DNA of 64,000 bases from Ancylonema sp. (Eukaryota), in assembly GCA_050230475.1 (NCBI GenBank), contig JBFLGF010000151.1, positions 1-64,000 of the forward strand, read 5' to 3'. Of this stretch, positions 1 to 12,032 are shown piece by piece. Every line of letters begins with the position of its first letter. Position 1 is the first letter of the stretch. Under the pieces are notes generated by a model, which did no database searches, was not told where the DNA came from, and saw nothing but the letters and a program-made list of their open reading frames with translations. Both the position numbers and the translations under genes were made by a program.

Positions 1-2141
1 ACTACGTCCCGGCGGCACGCCAGGTGGGCGTCTACGCTAGCGGCCTACACCTACACCATCATCTACAGGAAGGGAGCAGCCAATGGCTAGACGGATGCGC
101 TGTCCCGGAGGACAGACCACGGGCCCCCCCCCTCCCCTCCCTCCCCATCATTCCCCAGCCCCATGCAGAGCCCCTCTTGCACACCCCCTACCTGGTCGGA
201 ACAGCAGTCATGGTGTCCCCCCCCGATCCGCTCCTTCCGGAGATCGCAGCAGCCCAGGCGTGGGATCCTGCGCTGGCAGCTACCATCTCTACGATCCTAG
301 GGAGGCCCGGCGGGGAGTCAAAACCCGCATTGCCAGGTGGCCGCCCTTCGGGCAGGTCGGACGATCAGTTTGCCTTCCAGAATGGCCTACTCTACCACCA
401 GGGGCGCAGCCAAATTCCCCCTACAGCAGCAGCCCTCATCCTGAAGATCTTGCAGCAGTATCACGACAGCCCCATGGCAAGGCACTACGGCGTGGCGCGG
501 ACGCAGGCCCTGGTGGGGCAATACTTCAAGTGGCAGGGGCTGGCTACAGGTGTCGAGGCCTACGTGAAGAGTCGTGACGCATGCCAGCGAAACAAGGTGG
601 TGCGACACGCGCCCTATGGGCTCCTGAACCCCCTGCCTATCCCCGATAAACCTTGGTGCAGCGTGTCCCTGGGATTGGATCACGGATCTGCCGCCGAGTC
701 ACTACCACACGACGCAATTCTCGTGGTCGTGGATCGCCTCACCAAACATGCAATCTTCATCCCCACCACCAAATCTATGCCGGCGCCTGATGTCGCGGCG
801 GCGCTATTCCTCTAGCATGTGGTCAGGGTTCATGGGGTGCCCTCAACCCTCGTGAGTGATCGGGATCCCATCTTCACATCCCACTTCTCTAGGGGAGGGG
901 CTGCTGGAGCTGATGGGGATTCATGCCAACCGGTCGTCCGCCTTCCATCCCCGACAAAGCAGCTGAATTGAATCCGGCTGAATTCAACACTGGAGCAGTA
1001 TCTTCGCATGTATTGCGACTACCAGCAGGACGACTGGGCCAGCCTCCTGGGGATGGCCGAGTTTTCCTACAACAAATCCAAACACTCGGCTACCACCATG
1101 ACCCCGTTCTACGTGAACTACGGGTACTATCCCCAGATGTCCCTGCTCCCTCCATCCCCATCCTCCAGCACCCCAGCCGCGGACTCGTACGTGCAGCGAC
1201 TCCGCGAGGCGCAAGTCAATCTTCAACTTCAACGGGAGCTCCTAAAAGCTAGGAAAGCGATGGAGCTCTCCGCGAATCGGCGTCGTCGCCCGGCACCAAA
1301 CTAGTGCCAGGCCAGAAAGTGTGGCTGCTTCGTCGGCACATCTCCACCACGCGTCCGTCGTCCAAATTGGATGTTCGTTGCCTTGGGCCCTATCCAATCA
1401 TCGGGCCCATCGGGAGATCTGCTTTCAAGCTGCTGCTGCCACCGTCAATGAAGATCCATCCGGTCTTCCATGTCAGCCTGCTAGAGCTGCACGTGGCGAA
1501 CACATTCCCGGGCCGTGTCGTGCCCCCGCCCTTGCCCACTCAGGTGGATGGCCTTCCCGAGTTCGAGGTTAACAAGATCCGACTCCAAGTTTCGGCGCCG
1601 GAAGGCTGTTCTACCTCGTGGATTGGGTCGGCTACAACCAATCGGAGCAATCCTGGGAACCCGCTGCCAACTTGGCTCATGCCACGGTGGCAGTCCAGGA
1701 ATTTCATACCCGCTATCCATTTCACCCGGGCCCAGTTTAGATTTTTTGCCACTACACTTTTTTGTCATATTATATCTAGACATTTGTCATTTCGTCCCCG
1801 TAGTCTCCTCTTCTCCTTTTCCGGGGAGGGGTACTGTTAGGACCACTCCCTATAGGCACTAGTGCTTCTCTAGTGAGTGCTCCTACCCCGCACTAGTGTG
1901 CTTCTAGACTAGTGTTGTTATATCTAGTGCTCTCTCTCTATATCGAGTGCTCGTGTTCTCCCATATGAGTGTTGCCTAGTCCTCACCTCACTTTCACTAC
2001 CTATATGTAGCACATAGGAACGACCACCTTATGGCCGTTCCTAACAACTCATGTAATCACCAACACCTAGTACTACTCATTTCCCATTTTAGTACTTGTT
2101 GTTTGATGCTTGTCTATCCTATCAATTCAAGCATCCTTACA
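1..2141 (+). mobile_element. Ty3/Gypsy chromovirus, 3' part (end of RNase H, integrase, chromodomain, PPT, 3' LTR); degenerate
   Basis: Across frames: DALSRR; integrase Zn region (HDSP..HYG, CQRNK), core (VVVDRLTK, VSDRDP, AEFSYN), GPY, IHPVFHVSLL; chromodomain (EFEVNKI...YLVDWVGY..SEQSWEP..NL) at ~1558-1720. PPT GGGGAGGGG at 1823-1831. Frameshifts and stops present. Confidence 0.93.
1835..2141 (+). repeat. 3' LTR of the chromovirus (TGTTAGGACCAC...CCTTACA)
   Basis: Begins TG just after the PPT and ends CA where the minus-strand RNase H of the next element is cut. Homologous to LTRs at 16665-17020 and 18712-19028. Confidence 0.88.
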
Positions 2142-3289
2142 CACTCCCCTTCGAAAGACGAGTAGTTCTGCTCCGCTGCATTGCATGACCGCGAGGCAAA
2201 GCAAACAAGGTACTCTACACCGTCATCGCCCGCTTGACTTAGGATTGCCCCCATTCCGCGCTGACTCCAATCTGTAGTGAGTATGAAGGGGTTGTAGGGG
2301 TTCGGCAACTTGAGCACAGCCGCGCTGCACAGCTGCTCCTTGAGCTCCCCAACCGCATCCGCTTGCGCCTTGCCCCACTGGACGGTCCGTCTTCATCAGC
2401 GCATTGAGGGGGAAGGCGATGGTACTGAAGTGCGGCACGAATTTGCGGTAGTACGAGAAAAGGCCCAATGCTGCCCTTAGTCCTGACAGATCTGTGGGGG
2501 ATGGCAATTCCCTCACCGCTGCTATCTTGTCTTGCTGGGGCTCCAACTTGTCGGCTGAGATGCGATGCCCCAGCAGAAAGTCAATGCTATCTGCTCCAAA
2601 AACACATTTCTCCGGGTGCACCTTCAGACCCGCCTCTCGCAGCCGCTGGAAGACCATGCTCAGGTGTTGCACAAGTTCCTCCACGTTGCGCGACCAGATG
2701 ACGATGTCGTCAATGTAGCACCGACAAAAAGGTAAGTCAGCACCTGATCCATGAGTCTCTGAAAGTATGGAGAGGCATTCTTGAGTCCAAAAGGGACCAC
2801 AAACCACTCCCATAAAATTCGATTGGCCCCCCAAAAGGCTGTCTTGTCACACCGATCCTCCTCTCTGACTGGCATCTGATGGTACCCACTGCGCAGATCC
2901 AGCTTGGAGAAGATGGTAGCCCCCCCCATCTGGTTAAAGATGTCCTCAATCCCTAGCAGGGGGTATCGGTCCAATGTAGTCTCCATGTTGAGGGGGCGGT
3001 AGTCCCCACACTGCCGGAAGTCAGTGTAATTCCCCTCTGCGTCCTTCTTGCGCAACCACTGTGGCCGATGCGTTCGCCGATTGATTTGATCGCTGTATGA
3101 ATCCCAGCGTCTCCAGTTTCCTACACTGCGCCTCGACAAAGTCCCACTCCACTTGACCCAATTTTTGAGGGGGGGTCTCAAAATGGCTTGATTGGAATTC
3201 AGGTTTATCTGCATTGGTCCCCCCTTGAAGTCATCAGACTTGATGTCCTCAAGGGAGAAGGCAAACCTGTCCACGTTGTCGTCCAACAT
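2142..3289 (-). pseudogene. Gypsy reverse transcriptase and N-terminal RNase H
   Basis: DYRPLN, DRYPL, FSKLDLRSGYHQ, KTAF, PFGLKNA, YIDDIVIWS, LGLFSYYRKFV; RNase H PFILTTDWS..GMGAILSQ...QNYSSFEGEC. Confidence 0.95.
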
Positions 3290-3659
3290 GGCCAGGACTC
3301 GTGCCTGGTCCCTCTCCTAAAGGCTGCTTCCGATGTTGAATCTTGTCGGATGCTTGTCTCTCTGAGGGGGACTTCGTACTCTCCCCCCCTCCGCCTCAGG
3401 CTCTAACACCCTAGGGTTTTGAGGAGACCCAAATTTTTCTTCTGAGGCCAGGAGGGCGGCCACCACCACTTGGGCAGCCTTACGCTGAAGTCCTCCTGGA
3501 GTTTGGAACATGGATGGCTCCGCAGCGACCATTTCCCTGAGTTCGCCACATAGTTGATGGCTGCGTACGCTGGATGCATTCCCCCCCCCCAGATGGCTGA
3601 GTAGGCAATGCTGGGTGGGGTGAGATTCCTATGCCTGACTGGCCATGTAGCATTATTGC

Positions 3660-4630
3660 CCCCAACCAGCGCATGGTAGTGCCATCCAAAGCACCCAAGC
3701 GCATTCGATCCTCGTCGGACACCCCCACTCACTGCCGCTGTGTCTCCCAGCGCGTAGCCCAGGAGCAGCTCCTTCTCCTTATCATCCGGTTCCTCCCACA
3801 CGTTTGCGTCCGTGTTGAACACCTCACCCTCGCCAGGTGTGCCGTTTTCCTGTGGCTTGTAGGCGTTGGAGTGAAGGTATGACACCACCGTTGGCATGCA
3901 TAACCTGACACCCCCCTCAAGGTTGTGTGAAGCAACGGGGAATTTGTCTGAGTGTCCTGGCATGGTGGGGATGTGATAGCCCTTGAGAATTGTGGTCAAG
4001 GGTGGGGAATGGGAGATGAGTGTTGGCAGCGTGGCTAAGATTGCAGGTTGCAGCATGTTGGTCGAGAAGAGTCTGACGCGATGCGCTGCTGCACCCAGAT
4101 CTCCTGCATCCACCACCACTGGAGCACCCACAAAAGCCTGGACCAGTTCTCCGGATTTCTTGACAGCTATGGTAAGTTGCTCCCCTGGGTAGGTGTTCTC
4201 CAGGATGTAGACCAGGGGTGCAGCCTGATCTCGTTGTTGGAAGAAGTTGATAATGCGCACCAGATCGTAAAAGTACTTGAATCTGGGATCCATGGCACCA
4301 CGCTGTCGTCCAGCGTGGCTCACACTTTGGCACTCCCAGCTCCCCTCCAGCAGATCCACAGGCCCGTTGTGTGTTGGTTTTGTCTCAAAATTGATGTTGA
4401 ACATTGCGCGACGTTCTGCGGCAGCCGTTTGTCGAATGCGTTGATGGCTGCGTCTGAAAGGAGAGTCGGGTATTGTTTCTGAAGGGACTGAAGCGTAGCA
4501 CGTGCAATCTTCCTGCTGATTGGGTCCTTGTCGGCATATGTGTAACAGCGCACCTTGTATCCTGCTGCCAGAGTTGTTCGCAGTACCCCCAGCCCCACAC
4601 CTCCGAATAACTCCATCACATGCAGCCCAT
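3660..4630 (-). pseudogene. Cytosine-5 DNA methyltransferase domain within retrotransposon pol
   Basis: Motif I VMELFGGVG (FxGxG, ~4590-4625); motif IV DLLEGSWECQSVS (Cys codon 4330-4332); motif VI YILENT (~4192-4200); motif VIII AHRVRLFSTN (~4060-4085); motif X-like RMRLG-ALDGTTMRWLG (~3665-3720). Canonical order; frameshifts near 4385 and 3720. Confidence 0.88.
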
Positions 4631-5099
4631 CTTGCATGCACAGCGCACTGAACTGACGTGTCGCTGTGTTGATGGGGGAAGCACCCTCAATCACACCTCC
4701 TAGCCAAGATGATGACGGCAAAATGGGAGCAAGGGCAAGAGGGGTAATTGCAGCCAACCTATCCGCGGCATTTTCCCTTCGCGTCAGGTCGCGCACCCTC
4801 ACCTCCTTTTGCTTCTCTACCATGTCCTCTGCCTCACATGCTTGCGCCAAGCTGCTCAGCTGATATGCTGCCAGCTGTAAGGGAGAAGTGTGATATCCCC
4901 ATTCCTCGTCGGGCGGGATCGTGTTGTCGGCATCTTGAACGTCTTGAAGATCTGCTGCACTGCTGAAAAGACCTTCGAAGCAGGCGTAGGCCACAACTGG
5001 TGGCGTAGATGTGTGGCATGGGGCTGAGATAGCATTAGTATGTAGCCCACCCTCCCCATCGCTCCAGCGAAAGGTAAACTTCTCGGTGTAAGCGTCGTA

Positions 5100-5410
5100 C
5101 GCCCCCTTTACTGCCGTGACGAACTCCATCCCAAGAATCACGTCGTATGCTGTGGTGTCGACCACAGTTGCATGAAGTTCCACCACGCACAGCTTGTCAG
5201 TTCCTCTTCCTAGCGTGAATTTAAGCTTATTTTTGGTGACGCCCAGCGGCATCTCGATGGCCCCACTGGCAGTAACAAACTCCACTCCTCGTCGGAGCGC
5301 TTGAGAGTGTATCTGTATAGCAGCAGCGAATTTCTTACTGGGCATCACTTTTGAGGCTCCGGTGTCAAGGATACTCTCTTTTGGCACATAGCCCTCCACG
5401 TCTAAGATGC
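5100..5410 (-). pseudogene. Retroviral-type aspartic protease domain
   Basis: ILDTGAS catalytic motif and YDVILGMEF, in the same ORF (4320-5498) as methyltransferase motif I. Confidence 0.9.
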
Positions 5411-5528
5411 CGTCTTGGTTGCATATGTAGACGGGTGTCGAGTGCACTCGAGTTCGATCTGCTTCTGCTATAGCCGGGACCAGCACCTCGCGCTCCACGG
5501 GAAAGTGTTGTTGAGGGAAATGCCGTTC

Positions 5529-7223
5529 TTAGTCGGTGGCCTTTCTCCAAAGGCTGGCTGCTAATTCACCCACCAGATGCTGTAAGTTTCTTGTTGCATC
5601 GCGCAGGTGCGCCACCGTCTGCAACGGCGTCTCCATTAGCAACTCCTCCTGATCTCCCATAGGCGGTTCAGGGAAAAGCGACGTGGGCGGGTATTGTAGA
5701 TCCGTGGTGCCTGGCTCCAAAGTGGACGGCGGAAGACCATGCGGAAAAGACTGCGGCAGTCTCTCTTTGTAGGCATACTGATCTGGCACTCCAGGCACCT
5801 CTGTTGTAGCTGCTGGTTCAGGAAGGGTGGTTAACGGGTCAGCTTGTCGCCGTTCTGTAGCGTTGACCACTGTTGGTAGTTCTGATGCTACAGATGGAGA
5901 GAAATGCACTCGTCGTGCTGGATTTTGCTCTGCGGACTCCCTCGCTTGTCGAGTAGGCACCGAGGGTCGTGTTGACCTCCGCTGCATCATCGCTCGAGCC
6001 GCACGATGGTATGTCAAAGCCATGCCCTGGAATTGGTAATTAGAGCTAGTGTACTCCGAAGCCTTGATCCGCTTCCTGCTGTTGTTGACATTCATCGCGG
6101 TCTGTCTCCTCTTCAGCAAATCGGTAGGCAGGAGTTCTGGGTGTGTAGCCCAGCATTGTGCCTCCATATGCCCTGGCTTCTTGCACGCTGAACAGACCGC
6201 ACCATTGGTTTTATGTGCAGCCAGGCTCTCCAATGGAATTGTAGGCGTACGTGCTGGTGGTGGTGGTCCAGGAAGTCCGCCACGAGGTAACTCAGGACAG
6301 TTTCTGATGTGACCTATCTTCTTGCATTGATTGCACTCCCTCTGTGATCCGTTCTGCTGCCCAGGCGTTCTTTGATGTCCCTCCCACCTAACTTGTCCTC
6401 CATCGGGCGAGGGGGCGCTTTAGGGGGAAATGGCGTTGGCTGCCCTATCTCAGTGTCATGCGGGTCGGGGGTAAGGCCTGCAGCACGCAGCTCCGTCTCA
6501 AACTCCAGCAGAAAGGCCTCGCTATCTTGCGCCGTTTTCAGTAGTTCATCCTTGTCCACCAGGGGATCTCCCTTCTTGAAGCGGCGCATGTCTTCCCTCA
6601 TCATGGCTCCTCTTGTTGCCTTTCTGATGTGAGAGGAATGTATTCCCGCAGATTGAGCGCCAGCCCACGTGTCGTCATCAAACCAGCGGTAAGGAGCGGC
6701 TCAGCCACCTCATCGATTCGGTCGGCCATCTTGACCAGCGACTCCTTCGGCTGCGCCCGAAAAGCGTAAAGGTCCTCGAAGAAGCGAGCTGAGGCCATCT
6801 GAAATGCCGCTCGAATGATGGCTAGAAATTCTTCTAAATCAGCTGGCTCGGCAATCGGTTCTGGCAGAAAATGTGGTCGCGTAGGCATACCCGCCTGATT
6901 GACCAAGTACACACGGTTCAAGTTGAACACCGCTTTCTCCATGTAATAATTTCTCCAGACCGCTCGGTCCTCTTCTCTGGCCATAGCTTCCAGAATGTAG
7001 GGGTTGTCGTCTTTGGTCCAACTCCACTGTCCATGAAGAGGTCCAACAGCCGACGTGCCTATCCACCAAGTAGGTGGTAGAGAGTATCCATGTAGTCATG
7101 TTGGGCTACTCCCCCCCCAAGGTGACGTTGCGGATCATTCATGATTGCTCTCCAGCCCACCTGTGCGTCCTTGATGAAATTGCGTTGTGCATTACCCCCA
7201 TCTCCTGTGTATATCGTAGTCAT
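5529..7223 (-). pseudogene. gag-like region with CCHC zinc knuckle
   Basis: CSACKKPGHMEAQC knuckle. Fragmented ORFs start MTTIYTGDGGNAQRNFIKDAQVGW. The TAA at 5529-5531 is in frame with the downstream protease ORF. Confidence 0.8.
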
Positions 7224-7255
7224 TCTTTTTTTTAACGAAAAACTTAACAGGTCTT

Positions 7256-8193
7256 TGTAAGTTTCCTATGGCAAGGCAATGCCGTTGGACTGAACGTAAT
7301 GTGTTCGAAACAGTGTTTGTGAAATCTTTAAGAATTCCCACCTAATTCAAGGAACTCAATTGCAAGAATATCACCAGCCGAATTCACTTCACAAATGCTT
7401 ATTACACGATAGTTCGAGTCAAGATTTGTTCAGCGGTTCCCTCCCGAGGTCTACAAAGACCTGTTAAGGTCTAAAGAGCACCTCTCTCGGCTATATAGGC
7501 TCTGCCTCTCCTCTGGGCATGTCTGACCAGCATCATTATTGCGGCACCGCGAAGCGGCTGCACCGACATCTAGGCTAATGCATTCCTAGCCAAGTATTAC
7601 GATGTTCTTGTCATGTACATCAATATTGCAGCTAGCTAGGTACGTACAATGCATGACTATCACGAGACTGATCTGATCTGATCGATAGCATTGTTGGCAG
7701 CCGCCAGAGCTTGCGGCTGATACATCAAAAGGACAGTGTATATACAAGTAGTTTGTTTCTACTGTAGTAACGTAATCTAGACGCTAAGTCGCGAAGATTA
7801 GTCCTCTTGCAGTTCACTGGTCAGTATCCCAGAGTGCGTCACTCACTGATCAGTAACGTGCTGCCTAACATGTCTTCTGCGAGAGTAGCGAACTAGGTGC
7901 CGCCAAATGCGGAACACATTAATCGTGCGATATCTAACTAACCCTTAGTTATACCATCGAAACTTAACGTACGATTGTAAATGCCGGCACGTGCCAAATA
8001 AAAGAAGTACATTCACGTCTCATTGTGAAAGTGTTCCGTGTATCGCTTATTACCGATTCCTCCGTTATAATTGTGTGACTCTGCTCACTTGCTAGTTCAC
8101 ACGCTATAATCAGAATATAGGCGCGCGATCGTTTAAAGGATGACAAAGTTGAAGCCGTTCAATTCGGGCCCGTGTTATGCACGAGTGCCGACA
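7256..8193 (-). repeat. 5' LTR / leader ('module A') of the DNMT-Gypsy element
   Basis: Starts TGTCGGCAC on the minus strand; TATA-like TATATAG at 7491-7497. Homologous stretches at 15870-16638, 18220-18405, 19440-19842 and 52800-53345. Confidence 0.72.
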
Positions 8194-9470
8194 CAACTGC
8201 TGGTCTCACACGTTTCCCAAAAAAAAGGGCTCAACGTAGTGCACGAGGCGGAGGTAAAGTTGATAGAGGCAAGATTGGAGGCAAGCCATCGACGGACACA
8301 ATTTGCTACTATTGCGGAAAATGAGGCCACTACATGAGAAATTGCAAATATGTCAAAGAGGAGTGTCGGTGCTGCAAGCGAAATGGACATTTGGAGGTGA
8401 TATGTAGGGAGGAAAGTAGAGGGGCACGCAGTTCATGTGTCAATGAGCGAGAAGAATCACTCTTCTTGGTTAGAGAGATCATGTTGACTACGACAGAAGA
8501 GAAAATCTCAGGCGAGGAGGGGCTGGCCGATAATGGCGCTTCTCGTCACCTCCGCACCGACATCGATTCTTTCACAACGGTCACTTCCCTTCCTAGGCAT
8601 TACCGGATAAATCAAGTCGATGAAGTGATGAAAGTGGCACAGTGGGGAATAGTAATACTCGGAAATTATTTAGTTACAAGGAAAACAAAACTTCGACCCG
8701 GTGAAACTATCTAAGTGCCCAACCTACGACTTAACCCCTTGTCGATGCAACGTCTATGATGAACTAGTTTCATTCCCGTCTACAATGAAATACCCAGCAA
8801 AGTCTTCATCGAGAAGCAGCTGCCAATGGAACTCTCGAGCATATTGTTATTTTGTCGAAAAGTCCACTCTACGGAGCGACTTTAGATTCCAAAATTGTGC
8901 TACCAAGTCCACACGAGCAACACGTGCCAAAGGTTATGGTTGGTGAGATGTCGTGAAATTCCGTCAGCCATACTAGGCTGCGGAATACTTTACTAGAGAA
9001 TAATCAAATCAACTCAGATTATCTCGTTGCATAAATGCAACCATCAACATCGCGATAATACACTTTGCACAAACTCAAGTGCCAAAATGGAATGCACCAA
9101 TATGAATCAGTTAAAATGAGATCGGAGTCCATACAAATATCAAACTAGATCTATGGTAATGGATGTTGAACAAACAATGCGGTTTTAGTCTAACAACTAA
9201 CTTAACCTTTCAATGTCATGTGAATGACTATTGGACTTCCTAACTTCTTGACGTTTTCATATACCACTAGTCAACATAGCATGCATACTTATTACAACGA
9301 ACCTCGCTCTAAGGCTATTAGTGATTGCCCTAGCTTCATGTCCATGTCTCTTCTATCAACGTTTGGGGCACAAGGGACAAGTAGCTCTCACTAGATTCAT
9401 CAGTGAGAACATGGTAGATGCATTGGACAATTGTGTTCGCGGTATAATTGGTGACAGTCCTCTATGTCAA
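8194..9470 (+). mobile_element. Ty1/Copia relic (gag zinc knuckles, protease, GAG-pre-integrase)
   Basis: CYYCGK*GHYMRNC and CRCCKRNGHLEVIC knuckles; LADNGASRH protease resembling WICDSGADYH of the 36-42 kb Copia; QRLGH motif at ~9355-9372. Confidence 0.8.
8954..9338. mobile_element. Probable solo LTR inserted in the Copia relic
   Basis: TGAA...TTCA ends with near-TSD TGTCG/TGTCC. Removing it rejoins GEMS-MSLL(H)QRLGH. Confidence 0.6.
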
Positions 9471-10149
9471 CTTCCCAATATGACTTCGGGCCAAGTCCCC
9501 CTCCACTCCAACTCGCAACCCTCCACGTGCGAAACTTGGCGGTTTGCTACATGCGCATGTAGCAAATCGGGCGAAAATGATTGGTGCGGAAGATGCAGCC
9601 AGGCGTAAGGACGCAACTCGGAGGCTGGTAGCAGCGGTGGGGCGCAACCTTCCAGCCCTAAATCAGTCATCCTCTCGGCTAGGAGATGAGGTCGAAGGGG
9701 CTACCCCTATGAACACCTCCATGCGCCACTCTATACCTACTTTATATCAGAACGGCCTCCACGTCATGTATACGTTTGTAGGAGTTGCGTGCAGGGTGCT
9801 CCAAACAGCACTGACTGCTATATTTTTAGTGCGGCTCTACACCTACTCCGAGAGAGACCGCATCTCCAAGTGGATGGTGAGGACGAGGTTGTGGAGTCTA
9901 CAGGCACAGTTTCCTATGGTTGTCAGGAATATCACACGTGGACGTAACCAGCGTACGTTCGGAACTTATAATTTGCACTAGACGACAATATAATGACATT
10001 TGGTCATAGAAACCGTGCACGACCTTACACTCTCACTCTATTACACTGTGACACTTATCGTGTCGGAGTGAGTCTTGGTGAAGTCTAAACGTTATCTTTG
10101 CATATTTTTGCATTGTTATCGCGGTACTTGCATCTTGACAGGCGTTGCT

Positions 10150-10617
10150 TATTGACTCTGATTGCGGGTTGCTTAAGTGCTCATCATCAATTTTTGTCGT
10201 AGATCGAGCTTTCTTTGTGTTTCTGAGTATGACCCATACCACTGTCTCGTACACTCACATATAAAGACCCAAGCAAACCTCTTGCCTTGGGCCGATCTTG
10301 AACCAATTATTTTACACATGATGGTAGATGTGTATGAGTTGTGCACATGCATCCGATGGTGCATGATGTAGATGTGAGAGTGCGTGTGATTGTAGTTGCA
10401 CACATGGCATGGGTATGCATAAGTGTAGTGCATTGTATCACACATGCGGGATCGCACGTGTGATGCGGGTGTGATGTGTGGTGTGTTCACACGTGTGGGT
10501 TAACACAGTAACACTAGCGCTAACACATTCGTTAGTGCGGTGGCGCGTACTTATGTATTCGTTATAATGGTGATTTACACGTGTGTATGTGAGTAAACGA
10601 TGCTAGATAGCACGCCA
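10150..10617 (+). repeat. Diverged non-coding A+B derivative of the DNMT-Gypsy family
   Basis: CTTGCCTTGGG (A end) followed by B-like sequence ending GATGCTAGATAGCACGCCA; left border uncertain. Confidence 0.5.
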
Positions 10618-12032
10618 ATTCATATGGACTTTCTAGAATCATTCTCTAAATCTAAATCCACACGTATCCATCGCCTGAAACCTGATCCACAATTGTTTAT
10701 CACACGTGCTAAGTCTAGTCCGGCACGCATCCAATTTACTTAACAAAGTCATCAAATCCGACCTATTATCCCGGTGTCTATATCCCAGGAACCTAGTTTG
10801 AATAAACCAAGAAAACCGCCGGACAAGCATGTGACTCGTCAAGCTTGATTTCGGAATTGGTAAAGACTAGACTTCAAAACCCCTTCCATAAAATACTGTC
10901 CGGACCAAGAAACATGATTAAGTTTCGGAGGTTATCCCATAATCTAAATCCAATTAATGGAAATGTACGGGTTAAGAATAAGTTGCAAGTAATCGACTTG
11001 GTGACATGAGTGAATAATTTCCAAATACACTAAGACGCGCATGTGTCCCGGACGTGTATGCGCACGTGTACCTTGTAGCAGTCGGAATGTCAATTCCTTT
11101 ATACGGATTAACGGATTAACGCCACGTGACAGACTTTCAAAATTACGCCCTCGCTCCAACTTGAGACCGACATGTTTCATTCTATGTCGGCTATATTTCA
11201 TATAGGGGGTATTCTGTGAGAACGTTTAAATTGTAGTAAGATTGACAAGTCTCTTGTTCAGGCCAGGGGTTGTCCGGACTTGAGAATGCGCCACATGAAA
11301 GAGGAGAACGCAGCGTGCAAATAAGTACCAAATGAGAGGGCAGCAAAGAGTGTTGGTAGGAACCAGAAGCTAGCACTAAGAAGGAAGGCATGCGTTAGGG
11401 TGTGTGCTACAAGGCCCTTCGAACAGTGGACTTGCTCCCTTGTCATATTGCTTACCATTGATCCCGTATTTCCTTTTATTTCTACAACGTTGCTTGAGTG
11501 GCAGTTGTGCGGAATATATACTTTCTATCATGTAAGAGGCACATGAGTGCATTGACCATCAAGGAAAGTCTATATTTGTTTTCTCGCATCAAGGAAATTC
11601 GAAATTTGCGTCAACATCTTTTGTCCTCATGTTCCAAGGCACTTGCCCCTCCAAAGCTGCCGCACGAGTCATTAATGCTTCGAATCCATGTTCTCACACT
11701 CTATTGCTCATGTTGTGCTCCATAAATTGGTAAATTGCATGTTACATATGTGCCTCATGGGCCGAGCATGCATAAGCCCCCGATAGAACAAATATGCGTG
11801 CTTCTCGTAGTGCCTCCTCACAACATAATGTACATGCACTTGAGTATTGATATGCCTATCTACTGGACTCCTATCTGCATAAAATCTGTATCTGATGCTC
11901 GTGTTGTTACCCAACACACATGACCGACCCTCATTGTTGGAAAATGACACAACATGGAGGCTTTGCGACATAGCAAGGGCAACAATTTACCTTCACATGA
12001 ATTCTCATTACATGAATACCCTCTTCTTCAGG

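Larger units (their letters stand above)
2142..8193 (-). mobile_element. Ty3/Gypsy-type retrotransposon encoding gag-protease-C5 DNA methyltransferase-RT-RNase H; interrupted in RNase H by the chromovirus
   Basis: Domain order read on the minus strand (see sub-features). A ~0.93-kb leader/LTR lies upstream of the gag ATG at 7223. Multiple frameshifts and stops. Confidence 0.92.

Noticed and set aside
3660..4630. Bacterial restriction-modification or host DNMT gene
   Set aside because: Fused in frame to a retroviral protease and followed by RT; no introns and no partner endonuclease.
2142..8193. Classical DIRS element with adenine methyltransferase
   Set aside because: Has an aspartic protease, Gypsy-type RT/RNase H and C5 (not N6A) motifs; no tyrosine recombinase is visible in the window.
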